64,000 nucleotides of DNA from Hydrolagus affinis (taxonomy: Eukaryota): the NCBI GenBank assembly GCA_012026655.1, contig JAAILG010000124.1, forward strand, positions 62,001-126,000, written 5' to 3'. The position numbers and the translations under genes were made by a program. The first letter of the stretch is position 1. Each line of letters opens with the position of its first letter. Positions 11,229 to 25,088 of this stretch are shown here, in pieces. The notes beneath the pieces are model-generated. The model made no database searches and was not told the origin of the DNA. It saw only the letters and a list, made by a program, of their open reading frames with translations.

Positions 11229-12651
11229 AAAGGAAGAGAGTGAAGGTGATGAACTTGAGGAGCAAGTTTAATTCAGAAGACAAGTCAATGTTTGCCAGGC
11301 TTGTGAATCACCTTCTGCATTTAAAAGTAAGACTGGGAGCAGGTTTTCTAACACTATGTTTAGCTGAGCAAGAGCTCCGAGACGCCATCCAGCATAAAGG
11401 GCGCCATAAAAATACAAGCTGCTGTTGTAGCAATGGTACGTAATGGTATGAAAGAATGCAACAAGCCAGTAAAACACAAATTTATACAAAAGGAGTCAAA
11501 ACTCTTTCTAAAATAGTTCTGATAGCCCATATTTATCTTGCTCATAGTGGTAGTTTGCAATGAAAACTCATTTTGGTTACTGAACACTTGGAATTTTAGT
11601 ACAGCTTTTTAATGTGCAAAATGTAAATGCAAATCAACATTTCCATTTAAAAGTCTGAATAATATGATCCATCTGGTAACAATTACAAGACAGCCATATG
11701 AATTATTCAGACTGAGATCCTAAAATTAACTTCCTTATGCCAGAGTTAGTATTGTAAGCAAGTGGGGTGGGGAGGGGAAGTGGTTGGGATGAAACAGTCA
11801 AAATGGTGAAAGGAAAAAGATGAAGACACATAGATTCTTTATTATCACATCTATTCTTCTGACTTGTTTCCCTGGCTTCCCAGCTGTTATATAATAGAAC
11901 GAGTCTAAAAATATCGTTGTTACAAAATTAAGATTCATCAGGAGCTGGGTGTCATACACTGCATTTCAAGATACGTACAGTATTGAAATTATGTGAATAA
12001 AACATCATGATTGTTTCAGAGAATCAGAATTTCAATCCCAATCTCTAGTGACATTCCACTAGACCCTCAGGGTGAGTCTGTTGGGCTCAGCCAGATCTAG
12101 GAAGGATTCTGCTAAGTTTAGGGTGGAGAGATATATTGAAACCAATTACAGAAATAAAGTTAAAACGTTGTGCATTGATATTAAGCTTTCAGATGCAGAA
12201 CATATTTTTTTCAATTGACAAAGAAGGAAGAGGTTAAGAATAACTAGATCACAATCATTATAGAACGTATTCCTGTTGATGCTATAACATGTGCATATGA
12301 TAGGTTGCATACTATAATATCTGTTATGATCTGGCAACTCACTGTCACTATTCCACTATAGTCTCACCATCCAATCAATAATTTACAATGTGGTCGGAAC
12401 TGTGATTAGATTTGAAAGGTATCTCCCTTTCGTCTGTTAATCATTCGAAAAATCTTAGTTTGGGAAACACTCTATATGTATTGTGCTTTTGATAGATATT
12501 TTAATTATGGAGCTATCATACACAATAAATAGCTTCATAATTTTAATATTTGTCTTGTAAATCTTCCAAAGGCAGCAGTATAAAAGGCTAGACAATTGAG
12601 CATATCAATTACCCTAAACAATTGATCCTAAAGCTGCTTTGAATGCAAATA

Positions 12652-12838
12652 ATAAATAATAATAATCCTTGCATTTGATATCGGGCCTTTTCACATCTTC
12701 AAGACGTCTCAAAGAGCTTCACAAAATCTACTGTAAAGTGAATTGACTGTTTATTTGGTGGGCGAAATTGTGCACAGCAGTGCCCCACAAACAGCCATGG
12801 ATTGAGTGACCAAATTATTATTTTTGAAGGAATTATTA
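12652..12838 (-). mobile_element. Deu-SINE, 5'-truncated
   Basis: Reverse complement of the SINE tail and Deu core: AATAATCCTTGCATTTGATA...CCCACAAACAGCC. Confidence 0.8.
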
Positions 12839-13404
12839 CCATTTGTATTTGCAAAACAAATAATATTGAGCATTGTTCACTTGTGACAGTTTCATTAATA
12901 TACTTATTGTGGTTAACAATACTGTAGTATGTACAAGTGCAACCCACCAGATGGCAGTGTAGCATGATGACTTAAATAAGAAATACAATACTGTACAGTA
13001 TGTGAAAAATCCATCAGCTCAGGTGTGGATCCCTGACTGTCCAGTGCCTTAGGATATCCTCCTGACATGAACGTCGCTATACAAATGTTGAAATGGAAAA
13101 GGAGGAACATTCGGAAGCTACTTTGCAATTAGGAACAGCATGAGAATGAAAGACTGGAATGTGCTAAATTTTGTCATTTCACAGTGATAGACAGAATCTA
13201 AGTTCACAGATCACATAACATTCAGCAGCAGCGTCCAAAAAACATTCTGGTCTGACACTCATCCAGCTTCAGTTTTATTGTTCTGACTTGCAAGGAGAAC
13301 GAGCAACCAGAGGAAGCATCCTTTTGACATGTGCATTGTTCCTTTTCTAAACAAGGCAAGATGGGTGAAATATCAGTCCCTAAGTTCTCGCTCCAGTGGA
13401 ACAT

Positions 13405-13515
13405 ATAATAATAATCCTTGCATTTGATACAGTGCTTTTCATATCTTGTAGACATCTCAAAGCGCTGCACAGAATATACTGTAAAGTGAATTGACTGTAT
13501 ATTTGTGGGCGAAAC
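13405..13515 (-). mobile_element. Deu-SINE 3' fragment
   Basis: ATAATAATCCTTGCATTTGATACAGTGCTTTTC...GTGGGCGAAAC. Confidence 0.8.
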
Positions 13516-14374
13516 ATAGATTTCTTGGCTCGCCTTGTGATCTGCCTCTTACCTAGAATGTTTCGGTAGAATGCTTCCCACATATTTAAGAACCCGTTAC
13601 CTGCTGAGAATCAACTACAGCACACAATCTTTTAAAATGTTTTTCTTTCAAGTTTTCACTTAAAACAGAAGCATGATGCTTCTGACTAGTTGAACCAAAA
13701 TATAATGTTTTTCTTTCTGGGTCAATATGGAGAATAGTCTATAGGTAGAATCTGAAGTATGATCAGCAATTTCAGGAGAAGAAGTTGTTTATTTTTCTAC
13801 TGCAGTCAATGCACCTGAAAATTAAGTGAGATGACATCTTTATGTAACTCGCAAGCTGTCATGATGCTAAAAATATATTACAGACAACTTCTATCAGCTC
13901 CAATCTGCCTCACTGCACACACCATCTGGTGCTTTGCAACGTAAGACACCAATACCATATTTTGAATGTAATGGAAAGCAGGCAGGAGGAACTAGGAAAA
14001 AATATGCTGACAGATTTCTCTGACGACAGCAAAGATCTAATAAAACAACGGAGAAAATATCATCTTTCAGTTGAATAAATTAAGCAGGTATAATAAAATC
14101 TGAAAACAATGAATTTAATTGGTAAAGCTCCAAAATGTTATTAAAGGGGAGTGGTAAACAGCCTGATATTGCATAATGAGAGGGGATGGAACCTCTAAAA
14201 ATTCCTTTGGCTAGTGTTTCTTTGATTTGCTGTTGAGAAATCAGGCTTAGATCTTCAGTGTACAGATGATCTGTTTTTATGGAGCTACCATTTAAAATAA
14301 CTTGATTTAGTTTTGAAATTTGGTTGCACTTGTAAGTTCAATTTCACTGTCAAGCCGATTTAAAGTTACTTAAT

Positions 14375-14512
14375 CCACAACTGCTGTGTGCAATCGACTG
14401 CCGCCTGTCGCCCACAAATACACAGTCGATCTACTTTACAGTATATTCTGTGAAGCGCTTTGAGACGTCTCAGTGACAGGATCAGGCACTACATCAAATG
14501 CAAGGATTATTA
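14375..14512 (+). mobile_element. Deu-SINE 3' fragment
   Basis: CTGCTGTGTGCAATCGACTGCC...GTGAAGCGCTTTGAGACGTC...CAAATGCAAGGATTATT. Confidence 0.8.
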
Positions 14513-14880
14513 ATGTTACTCAGGATCTTAATGACATATATTGCAAATGGAAACAATGCCACTTGTACCATTTTTCCCCTGCAATTTTCAGTATTAATTC
14601 TTGTCAATGGTTTAATTCATTTAAAAGTTGTCTAAAGAATTAAAAACAACTGCTCACAGCAGCATGTAACATATCGATTAAAATAGCAATAATTGATGCA
14701 AGATTTGTAGTTGCATACAAGTTGGACAGGAAAAGTGGTTGGAGTAGAAGATAAACAAAATGTTGAGTAATTGAGCAGGAGAATGATCCTTCAAACAGAA
14801 TTAAATTTATGACCCACCAGATGGACTCTGATGGTCTTTCCTGGTGTTATACACTTAATTCCTCTTGTTTCTATTCAGAT

Positions 14881-15226
14881 ATAATAATCCTTGCATTTGA
14901 TATAGCCCCTTATCACGAGATGTCTGAAAGCGTTTCACAGAATATACCAAAAAGCGAATTGACCACATATTTTTTGGGCAAAGCGCAGCAGCCAATCGTG
15001 CACAGCAGTGTCCCACAAACAGTTGGGGATTGAGTGACTAAATTATTTCTATTTATTTTGAAGGAATTATTACCCGTGGAAAAGCAATCCATCAACCGAC
15101 TAACAACCGGGTTCCTACTTACTGCTAGGGAAACAGAAGTGTGTGGAGTAAGGAAACTTGCCCAATTTTGCCCAGCCAAGAATTGAATCCAGAGGCGAGT
15201 GCTCTAACCACTGAGCTACAGGACTT
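14881..15226 (-). mobile_element. Full-length Deu-SINE
   Basis: Runs from the tail to the reverse-complemented tRNA head GTGCTCTAACCACTGAGCTACAGGAC. Confidence 0.85.
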
Positions 15227-16014
15227 CACAAGTTGTGGTATCTTCTCCAAAAGAAGAAAGATTCCTGTGATGAGGACTGTTACTCTGTACTCCTCCTAGC
15301 TTGACTATTGCGGGCAGCTTTTTGCAGCTCTTTTCAGATTAGTTTACACTTCCTGCATTTCAGTACGTCTGACTTTTAAGGAAGGCTACACTAATAATTT
15401 GAATAATTTCAGCAATTCTAGCCCATGTTTTGACGTTCAAAAAATGTTTCTTGACATCCCCAGAATCTCCAAATAAGCAACTATAGTTGAGACTTTTTAA
15501 GTCATTATTTTTGTGGTTGCACTCATTCCCTTGTGTTTTTCAGTTCTATCTGACAGCAAAAACATTGCTCCACTTAAATAAAAAGGTCACAGCGTATTCC
15601 TGTTTTTCTCGATCATTAAACTAATTATTTGGGCTCCAGCTTGATTGTCGGCTGAAATTTACTGCCGGGAAAATTACCACAATCCCACTACAGGAGTTGT
15701 GTATCACAAAAGCAATAATTCAGCAGATTTATTATTGAATCACTAGCAAAACTACCTGTATGTCCCACAATGGAAACATGAAGCTCAAGCATTCATACCT
15801 ATTATTTAGCCGTGTCCAACCTTGAATGATCAATAATTCTACAAACTGTGTAGAATCATAGCACCAAAGGGACTATTCGCTTTTAAAAGATACATAAACA
15901 GCCAACTTTTGAAAAATGCATACTTGATCCAAGCAACATTCTGAGCTGTGGATAGCTATCCCCGTGGAACTTTGCCGCATATTGAAATACAAAATACAAA
16001 TGTGAGCATAATAT

Positions 16015-16240
16015 GTTGAACAACAACAACAACAACAAAATTATATTTAAAGAGCCCCCTTCATATTGGGAGGACGTCACAAAGCGCTGAACAGTCAGGG
16101 GTCGGGACCCGAGCATAACGGAGGGGCGGGGTAAGGGTGAGTGGAGGCAGAGAGGTGGGAGGCCAGCTGAAGGCATGGTCAAAAAGGAGGGTCTTCGGAC
16201 CAGCCTCGTCCCGACCACCCATGGTAGGGAGGGTTTGGTA
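16015..16240 (-). mobile_element. L2 LINE 3' end
   Basis: (AAC)n tail, then GGGAGGACGTCACAAAGCGCTGAACAGTCAGGGGTCGGGACCCGAG. Confidence 0.85.
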
Positions 16241-16249
16241 GGAGACATG

Positions 16250-16396
16250 GAGCAGTTATTTGGGGAGGACAGATTTGCAGGACTATGGGAAGAAAGCAGA
16301 GTGGGATTGATTTGGACAGCTCTTTTCAAAGAGCAGGCACAGAAAGGATGAGCCAAATGGCCTCCTTCTGTGCTGTATAATTCTATTATTCTATAA
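16250..16396 (+). mobile_element. CR1 LINE 3' end
   Basis: GCCAAATGGCCTCCTTCTGTGCTGTATAATTCTATTATTCTAT. Confidence 0.8.
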
Positions 16397-17713
16397 TACA
16401 TCATAATGTTGGAGTTGAGCCAGCCCTCTGTGGTAGTCTCGGTAGTCTAGTTCCTGAACTAGGTGGGTTTGCAGTACTCCAAGGCATTGCTCTTGACAGC
16501 ACAGCCAGTGTCAACAGGACCTGGAAGGACACACCAGTCACTGGGGTCAGGGGGTCATCCTACAGAGCGACTATTATTAACCCTGCAAGCCAAAGTTCTA
16601 ACAGCTTTGGACAACCAGCGGGAGAGGAGTATCAATGGCAAGCTATGCAGTTTTTAGCTGGTTAAACTCCAGCAGTAGCCCAACGCACACTCCGGAGTCC
16701 CCAAGCCTTGACTTTGCATATCTGCGCCTAATACTTTCTGGAATTGGGTAAACGGGATAAGTCCCTCCAGGGAGCAAGAGTGCACTTTCCATTCCAACAG
16801 TCTATCTTTGGGATTTGCACGTGTAGGCAGGATGCACGGAAATCTCAGTTTGGTTTGGATACTCTTAAGCATGGTGATGTACAATCTTAAGCACATGTTA
16901 GAGACTTTGCTGACAAAAAACACATAGTGCATATTTCCGTTGGCTTAAAGAAGCACAATTATTGCCTAGGGTTTGGCATCTGTCTACAAGTAAACTTTGT
17001 GGAATATAAATTCAATATTTAATACTGTCTAGAATTGAACATTAACCCCCCCACCCCAACCCACACTCCTCCCTCACCACTGAATAGAAAATTACTACCA
17101 CCACCCCCCACCCACGCTCCCATTTGCTACCCATATAATTACAGGGGAAATATGTATGCAGAGGACATTTCCTCCTCTTGTCCATCTTGGACTTTATCAT
17201 TATACATAATCAACTCGTTGAGAAATGTTTTTAACAAAGGAAAGAAACATCTCTGTGATTGGAATTGTGAAATTTATTTTGTTTGAAAAATCTCGATAAC
17301 TTAATGCTCTACGTACCAGGGCTTCTCTGTTAATCCTCTGTAAAATATTTATCAGTTATTATTAATTATTTCATCTTGTATTATTTGTAAAATAAGAGAT
17401 GCTCATTTTAGAGTTTGCTACCCTTTTATATGCAGTCACTTTGGTGACTCTTCAATCCTGAAAGCCTAAAACACAAATAGCTAAGTGAAATTGTTACACA
17501 AATCGTTTCACTGGTATACTGAGCAATAACGCACAAGCAAAAAGTGCTCATTAGTTAAGTTAATGAACCTTAACCCTACAATTATTTGCTGGTAACAATG
17601 GAATGTATGTTCATTTGACAGAGAATAGATAGTTACAGCAGACGTGATAGAAATCCATGAACCCAAACCTGACCTGAGCAGTTTAGTTGATTCTTTTCTG
17701 TTTCTTTCCTTAG

Positions 17714-17830
17714 ACACATAAGACCTGTCCAGAACAATCAGCCCCTGAACCGGTCTCAAAAGTGACAGCTGTTTCTCAATACGCATGTCAGAGGAGAACT
17801 ACTCTCAACAATAGAAACAAGATATTTACG
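17714..17830 (+). CDS. DNTT: TdT exon 3 (linker), 117 nt
   Basis: tttccttag| acceptor and |gtaatg donor. Reads THKTCPEQSAPEPVSKVTAVSQYACQRRTTLNNRNKIFT. SQYACQRRTTLNN is TdT-type; Pol mu has YACQRPTPL. Confidence 0.96.
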
Positions 17831-18504
17831 GTAATGCATTAAGTTGTATTAAGTTTGCAAATATGTGTGTTGAAAGTTGTTTGAGATTTTAAGGGTTCAA
17901 CTTTGATTTCTTTGGACTACTTGTATTTTACAAGTCAGATATCTGGCTAAATCGTAATGATTTCTTGATCACCCAAAACATAATCTCCTAACTTGTATCA
18001 CTACAACTGTATCTACCATCTGCAATGATGAGGTACTGCATGTACAGTGCAGCTAAGTTTGAAACAATGTAATAAATTAAATTATCATGACTGGGACATT
18101 TTGTTATTGCGATTGTGAAATTTTAACTTTTTACTGAGAAAATCACAAAAATCTTACTTTAAAATTTCTGATCTTATACTAGGCTTTACTTTTCTGATTA
18201 TTACCTTGATTTCCATGCCAGCTATCAATTTATTGATTGAATCGAGTGTTTCTTTTCCTACCATTGTATTTTTGTATCTCTTCGTGTGCGGTTGTGCATT
18301 TTTTGTTCCAACACAAAGGTAGGGTCACATTTTAGATTGGAACTCTGCGTTTTAAATTGAGAGCTGCGTCACAGGGCCATTGTGCCATGTGTTCAATTGA
18401 TAATTCACTGATTACGCGTTATCATGACCACAAGCAAGCTAGACACAAAGATTAGTCAATCGCTTTTCTGGGCGTAATAATTCCTTCAAAAGAAATGTAA
18501 GAAT

Positions 18505-18680
18505 TATAAAAATTTGGTCACTCAATCCACGATTGCTTTTGGGACACTGCTGTACGCAATTGGTTGCTGCGTTTTGCCCACAAAACAATATAATTCTGTG
18601 AAGCTCTTTGTGAAGTCTCAAAGGTGTGACAAGTGGCTATATCAAATGCAAGGATTGTTCTTATTCTTATCCTTCTTCTT
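18505..18680 (+). mobile_element. Deu-SINE, 5'-truncated
   Basis: TTGGTCACTCAATCCACGATTGCTTTTGGGACACTGCTG...CAAATGCAAGGATT. Confidence 0.75.
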
Positions 18681-18799
18681 ATTAATACTTCTTATTGAGA
18701 AACTATTATTATTATATTGTTACTATAAAGATCTATCAGGAAAAGTACTAGATTTTCCAATATGCCAGACAACCCTAATGCATAACTCGTATTTCAAAT

Positions 18800-19340
18800 T
18801 GTATTAAATGCTATGGTCTGACTGATATCCAGAATTCTGCAGCCTGTGTCCTCTCCTGCAGCAAGCTCTGTGACTCCATTTCTCCCATTCTCACCTGACT
18901 CCATTGGCTCCCCATCACCCAGAGGATTCAATTCTAGATTCTGGTCCTCACCTTCAAAGCCCTCTAGGGCCTTGCCCCACCATATCTCTGCGACCTCCTA
19001 ACCTCCTGTCAACCTGCCTGCTACTGCCGTGCAGGGGACTCCAGCCTGCTCCATGACCTACCTGGCCCACAATCGATGGGCGAGCGTCAGCCACTCTGCT
19101 CCTAATCTATTTGGATTTCCATCCTGCAATCCTTCTGCCTCGCCCCCTCCCTAGCCTCCCCTACCTCAAGACCTCCTCTTCAACATTCCCATTGGTCACC
19201 CCAAATCCCCTCCTTTCCCTCCACCCTCCCCAATTCCGACCCCAGCTTGGGTCTGAAACATTGACTATCCAGTGCCTTGAGAAGATCTCCCAATGTGAAA
19301 GGCGCTATACAAATTAAATGTTGTTGTTGTTATTGTTGCT
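18800..19340 (+). mobile_element. L2 LINE 3' fragment, about 540 bp
   Basis: Degenerate ORF2 end (CCATTGGCTCCCC...CTCACCTTCAAAGCCCTC...GCCCCACCATATCTC), 3' UTR and (TTG)n tail. Confidence 0.8.
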
Positions 19341-20514
19341 ACAACATATGTGTTACATGTATTACCAGTCTACTTCATGTTTCTTGCTCAATGCTTTGAG
19401 ACTTTCTCCCGACTTTGAAAGGAATTACTGTATATAAATGTGAATTGTTGTAAATTTATTCTTAGGCCTCTGATCATAACAGTTACACCACTTTGAGGTG
19501 ATGATGCAATGGTTCTATGCCTTCAATCTAAGAAAATGTTTGAATAATTAACAATTTTCAATGCACTGACCTTGATAAGGCAAAAGTCCTGAACTGCCTT
19601 CCTGAAAATCTTAACAAACCATTTTTCATCTCTTGATTGTCCACAATACCTGCTTTAACATGGTGTTGTTTGTATTTATTCTCTTCTAGCCCTCCAACCT
19701 AATGTGGTAATAGCAGATTCAAATTAGCATATAAATGCTCATAAGACAATTCATATTTCTAATTTGTTCAGGAAAATGAATGTCACTGTTTCTAACAAAC
19801 CACTATTGGTTACACTTAGTTTCTACCTCAATGGAATGTGGATTGGGTGAATGCACTTCACACTCACATTGATAGAGATTTGTAGTGCAGTCTGACAGAA
19901 AGACAAGTTTATTGAATGATGTGGTGTGGAATTATTGATTGCCAGCTTAATATTTAAACCCAATGCACTATTGGAGGGATAGGGTAGAATGGCTGCACAG
20001 TTCCTAAAATTATCTAAAACATATTCTGACTCTCAACATGTGTGATGGATATATGGAAAAATCAATAACCTCAATATGCCAGAAGAATGATTAAAATCAG
20101 CGTTTCAGAGGGAGAAATTGGAACTTGAGATCACGGTATAAAGATTTGGTTACTTACATAACTGTATCAGCCTTCAAATATGCCTTTTTTTTACTCTCTT
20201 TTTTTCATGTTTCTTCAGGCAGCATATTAATTAGTTGGAAATCAATGACGCAGCTTCTGAAATGATTAGCAATGATTTTAATACAAATCTAAAGTTTGTC
20301 ATACCTGATTTATCTCCCCACAAGCTCAACTTTGAACAGCAACTCACAGAAACTTATGAAACTCATGCACGTGCATTGTTGCTCACCTCAGTGACCTCAC
20401 TTTTCCACATGGGAAATCAGTGTGAAAATACAGAAAATGAAAACACTTCAGATTTAAAAAGTATTTATCTGCATCAAATTTCAATCTGTTCATCTGCGTC
20501 CCAGTACCCACCTT

Positions 20515-20858
20515 GTAATAACAATAATAATAATAATCTTTGTATTTGATATGGCACCTTATCACATTTTCAAGATGTCTCAAAGCTCTTCACAGAATAT
20601 AGTGTAAAGTGAATTGACTGTTTATTTTGTGGGCGAAACATGGCAGCCAATTGTGCACAACAATGTCCCACAAACAGTCATGGATTGAGTGACCAAACTA
20701 TTAGTTTTTTGAAGGAATTATTATCCACAGAAAAGCAATCTGCGAATTGCCTCACAACCGGGTTCCTACTTAATGCTGGGTAAATGATTCCTGCTGGAAA
20801 TTGAGCCCAGGGCTACTACTTGAGAGGAAACTGCTCTAACCACTGAACTACAGGGCTC
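20515..20858 (-). mobile_element. Full-length Deu-SINE
   Basis: Tail, Deu core and reverse-complemented head CTGCTCTAACCACTGAACTACAGGGCTCC. Confidence 0.85.
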
Positions 20859-23007
20859 CAAAAAATTTGCCATCAAATGTTATGGCCTTCTGGCCATCTG
20901 GTTTTCACTATTGCGTTAACAAGAACTACTCTACCCACACACATCCCAACAATCATGTAAATGATTCTTCTTTACAGGAGGCTCAGTGACAAGCTGTCAA
21001 GTACTTGAAGTGCCATGTTTATGTGCTGCTGTTACTTATATGAAGCTTCTCACAAACATGAAGCAACAATTTCAGTATGATTTCTCACACTGCAATTCCA
21101 ATATAGCCATTTTAGGGAGCCCTAAAGGATTTTGTTTCTCTGTACGTTTTGTCAGAAATTCAGACTGATAACAGCTGCCATAGCTTGTCTACAGGTCCAA
21201 CATGTTGTGTGTAGTAGACTGATGGAAAAAAACATTGAGCTTGTGTTTCATCAGCCTATGATTGCAGTAAAAGTTCAGATATGAGATTATAAATGTTATT
21301 GTTGTCTTGATTTTCCTGCATCACAGATAAGTGTGACAGACTCTCAGCCAAAGCTGTTTATGCTGCATTGATTAACTGCTTGAAAACTATCTTGGAGGAA
21401 ATAGGGATCAGTGTAAACCGAGCTGAACAAATACTCCCAGAACACGATTTCTGTGCTCCTATGGGAATGGAAGAACAAGTTGTGAATGGGGTAAAGAGTC
21501 TACACCTGAGTAGTAGGGATGTGGGCTGAATGCATGTTCAACAGTTTTAGCTTTGGTTGTCGTTGGGGTCTAGGGAGATGTGGATGTGTTGAATGTACCC
21601 CCAGAAGATAGCATGAACATGAATGGGAAATAGAGTTTTATTTTTTCCATACTGTACATTTTTATGATTGAAATAGAATCAGCCAAGTAATGTGGGCCTT
21701 GATGATTATATTAGGTTATTTCAAATAGCATCCACCCAGCAACAAGCAAATTATTTTTGAAGTCTGTTATTTGAAGGTTCTGTTGTTTCCATTCAATCTA
21801 TCTGTATTAGACGTGGAGATGACTGTGGTGCCTATGTATTTTTACATGAATATGAAGTTGAATTTATCAGATACAAAATCTGAAATGCAGATAATGATAC
21901 ACACACATATTTTATATATGTTATGAAGGTGTAGTGCCTCTTTTGACAATTATGGAGCATCAAACTCTACTTCAAGTATTTAACAGTCACTGCATAATGA
22001 TGTACAGGCTGACCAAAATGTCGTGATAGCTACCATATTATCTAAAAAAAATCATAATTTATTTAAGACTTGCTAGACATTGTAATGGTATCACGACTGT
22101 TTGGTTACTCTTTAGTATGCTGAAAGAACGCAAAGTATTTTAATATTTAATTCTCTTTTAATTATGTGTAAAGGGCTTGATGTCAAAAGCTAGGTCGTGG
22201 TTTTGAATTCATGTTGCACTGCAGGAGATGGTGTAAGATCTTTCCATTATACCAGCGCTGTGACCAATTATTGCAGCAAAATTAGCTGTACTTAAGGGTG
22301 CACCTGGAGCTCGGAATATTTTATAGGTTGAAAAGGACACAAGACCAATTTGACAACCAATCACATGGAATCTTTTATGAACTGTTACATTTTTCTTACC
22401 CCCAAATCACATTCGCAATTGTATGGCCCAAATGCTGAACGTGTAAGAAACCATTGCAAGGCTTTTACACCTGCAAATGGTGGGTAAAAATTGTGCCGCA
22501 AATATCTCCTTAATGAAGATGTACTTTCTCTGTGTGTCTGGTTGTATCTCATCTTTGCTCAGGTATGGGTGTGATACAATGATGCCGTAAGGCAAGGAAA
22601 CATTTGCTTAGCTCACCCTGACATTGTTTTCCCATCTCAGCTAAATTTGTGGTTCAGCAGACACTTAGTTGTAAGGGTGCATTTGCAGAGTGCTTGCCTT
22701 TATTAAATATTCATACTGGGATTATTATTATTACTCACATACTTCTTTTTTCTAATTTTCCCTTTCTCCTATCAACAGCAGAGTTTTTCCTTCTTATAGC
22801 ACTAAGGTTATGGGTCAGGAACAAAGAAGTGCAGTTGTCTGATTATCAGATGAATGGGAAATAATTAAATGGGAGAAAACAACTTGGCATAATAAAAGTG
22901 AATGTAATGATAATTAACTGGCCTTAGAAATGTTTTTTTTTAAGTTCTACCAGCTGTTTATATAAATTCTCACTAAAAATCAAAAAGATCATACATTTAT
23001 TGACTGG

Positions 23008-23205
23008 GTGTCAGTTTGGCTCAGTTGATAAACACTCTTGCTTCTGAATAGGAAGCTTTTGGGTTCAAGTAACTGAAGTGAAACTTTGAGCTTGGTGTCA
23101 CTCCAATTCAGTGCTGGAGTGGGGTGGGGGGGGTGTGCTCTATATTTTCAGAGGTGCCATTCTTTGGATGAGGCATTAAATTGAGGCCCTGTTTGCCTGG
23201 TTCCG
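23008..23205 (+). mobile_element. Old SacSINE1-like SINE, 5' half
   Basis: TTGGCTCAGTTGATAAACACTCTTGCTTCTGA...GAGGTGCCATTCTTTGGATGAGGCATTAAATTGAGGCCC. Confidence 0.65.
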
Positions 23206-24260
23206 GGGGGGACTGTAAGTGAGCATGAGATTCATTTTTCATTTGCCAACAGTCCCCATTTTTAGGAGTCTCAATTAGATGTGCAGGTGAGTGGAGCCCA
23301 CTGGAGGGCAGAAGAGCAGCAGCACATTACTGTATTTGTAATATAGGAGTTACCAGTGTCCTGTTTCATGGGTTAGGAAAAAATCACTAATTGCACCCTA
23401 GGGAATTACGTACAGCAAAATGCAATTGATGCGGGCAAAAAATTAAAAATCATGCAAAATTCCCCATTAACTTTTGCAGTTTAATTGCACCATAACAGTA
23501 TTGTAGCCTCTTTAGAAAGATATGGAAGCCGGGTTTCATGAATTTTGTATTATACAGCTAATAGCACGTTATATGACCATTGTACATTTTTGTACTTGGG
23601 ACTCCGCTTCTCTTCCCTTTGCTCTCCACACTGCATCTAGAGTCAGCGTGGCGAGAGATGGAAAGAAAGGGAAAAGAGGCAGAATAGGGTGTATATTAGG
23701 GAGTTCTGCCATATTATGTGATATTCTGTGCCTATGTGTAGTGGAATGTATTATGTGAGAAATTATGCGGCTGCGTAATTGTGTAATTCCCCGGGGGTGT
23801 AACTAATGCATTGATACTGCAAAGAGAGGCAAATATCAGCTCAGCATTCCAGCAGTTTAATTTGACTGCAAAGTTAGTGCCGTTACTATAGGTACCGCTT
23901 TGATTATCACATTCAGATTGGCTGCCAGAATATTTCAAGTATTCTGGATGGTGTTGTCCAGTAAATCAACATGCATTTAGTATCCTTCCCATGCTCTACC
24001 GCTGCTTCTGAATGACAGGAAAAGAACTGAAGCAGGAGGTATGGAGAGCGAGGGGAAGACAGCCAGAGTCAGGCCACAGGCATGAAAGTAGTACAAGTAT
24101 CTAGCCTCCTCCATGCCTGAGTTTGCTCTCAGTTTCTGTGTGCGCGGTTTGGCTGGCCCCCACTGACCTGAGCTGTTCCTTCCCAAAATGCTTCTCCTCC
24201 CCACCCTTTACTATACACATTCAGTTATCTCTAATGGTCCATTCCACTGCCTCCCTCTGC

Positions 24261-24332
24261 CAGCGCTTTGGGACGTCCTCCCGACGTGAAAGGCGCTATA
24301 TAAGTACAATCTTGTTGTTGTTGTTGTTGTCG
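24261..24332 (+). mobile_element. Ultra-short (72 bp) L2 insertion with a 9-bp target-site duplication
   Basis: CAGCGCTTTGGGACGTCCTCCCGACGTGAAAGGCGCTATATAAG...(TTG)n, flanked by tccctctgc at 24252-24260 and 24333-24341. Confidence 0.85.
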
Positions 24333-25088
24333 TCCCTCTGCTCCGCCTCGGTATCCTCAATAACCCATTGCCACTCTCTCCGCAAGGCCTGCCTGTCCCG
24401 CCTCCAAATGTAAACTTGCCTTCCCTCATCTCCTCCTCCTTCAAACTCCATATTTCCCCTTCATAATCTACAACCCCCCACCACCACCCAAACCTCTCTC
24501 CCCTATTTCCGCTCCCTCTCTATCAAAGTTCTCACTGTACAAACCCTCATCCTGAATCACCACATTGATTTTCCCATGCTCATGGAAACCTGGCTGTTCC
24601 CCAGGAATGTGTGGGAGTCAAAACCACTATAATTTCAAAGATTAATTATGCTGGTCCTTGATGGGCATCATGGCAAAAAGCATTTCTTCAAAATGGTTCA
24701 AGCAGCAAATACTTTGCACTTCATTGCACTTGTGCCTCATTTTACTTTTTCAAGGTCTAAACTCTGTACAATTGCCAGTGTACAATTAAACAAAGTTGAG
24801 ACATTTAGCCTCTGTGTTTCAAAGCAACCAGAAAATCCATGTGGCTACACTGGTCTTGTGGGATGTATCTTTCTTTCTTACAAGGGTACACTGCTTTGCT
24901 GAGGCAGAGATATTGAAGTTGAATTTGCACCTGGCAACCTGGCCTTGAACAGTAACAAAATACTGTGAATATTTCTGAAAAAAAATGCTACTGTTAAAAG
25001 AGACACACTACCCATTATAAAATGTTTTAGTCTTTTAAAAGAGCTTGGAGCAGGCAGATATAGACTCTGTCAACTGTAAAGGAACATT

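Noticed and set aside
15883-16404. Longest ORF-track entries (also 32414-32821, 27006-27407, 1834-2268, 26631-26978)
   Set aside because: They lie in L2, CR1 or SINE copies, and their P/S/L- or Y-rich composition reflects repeat sequence.
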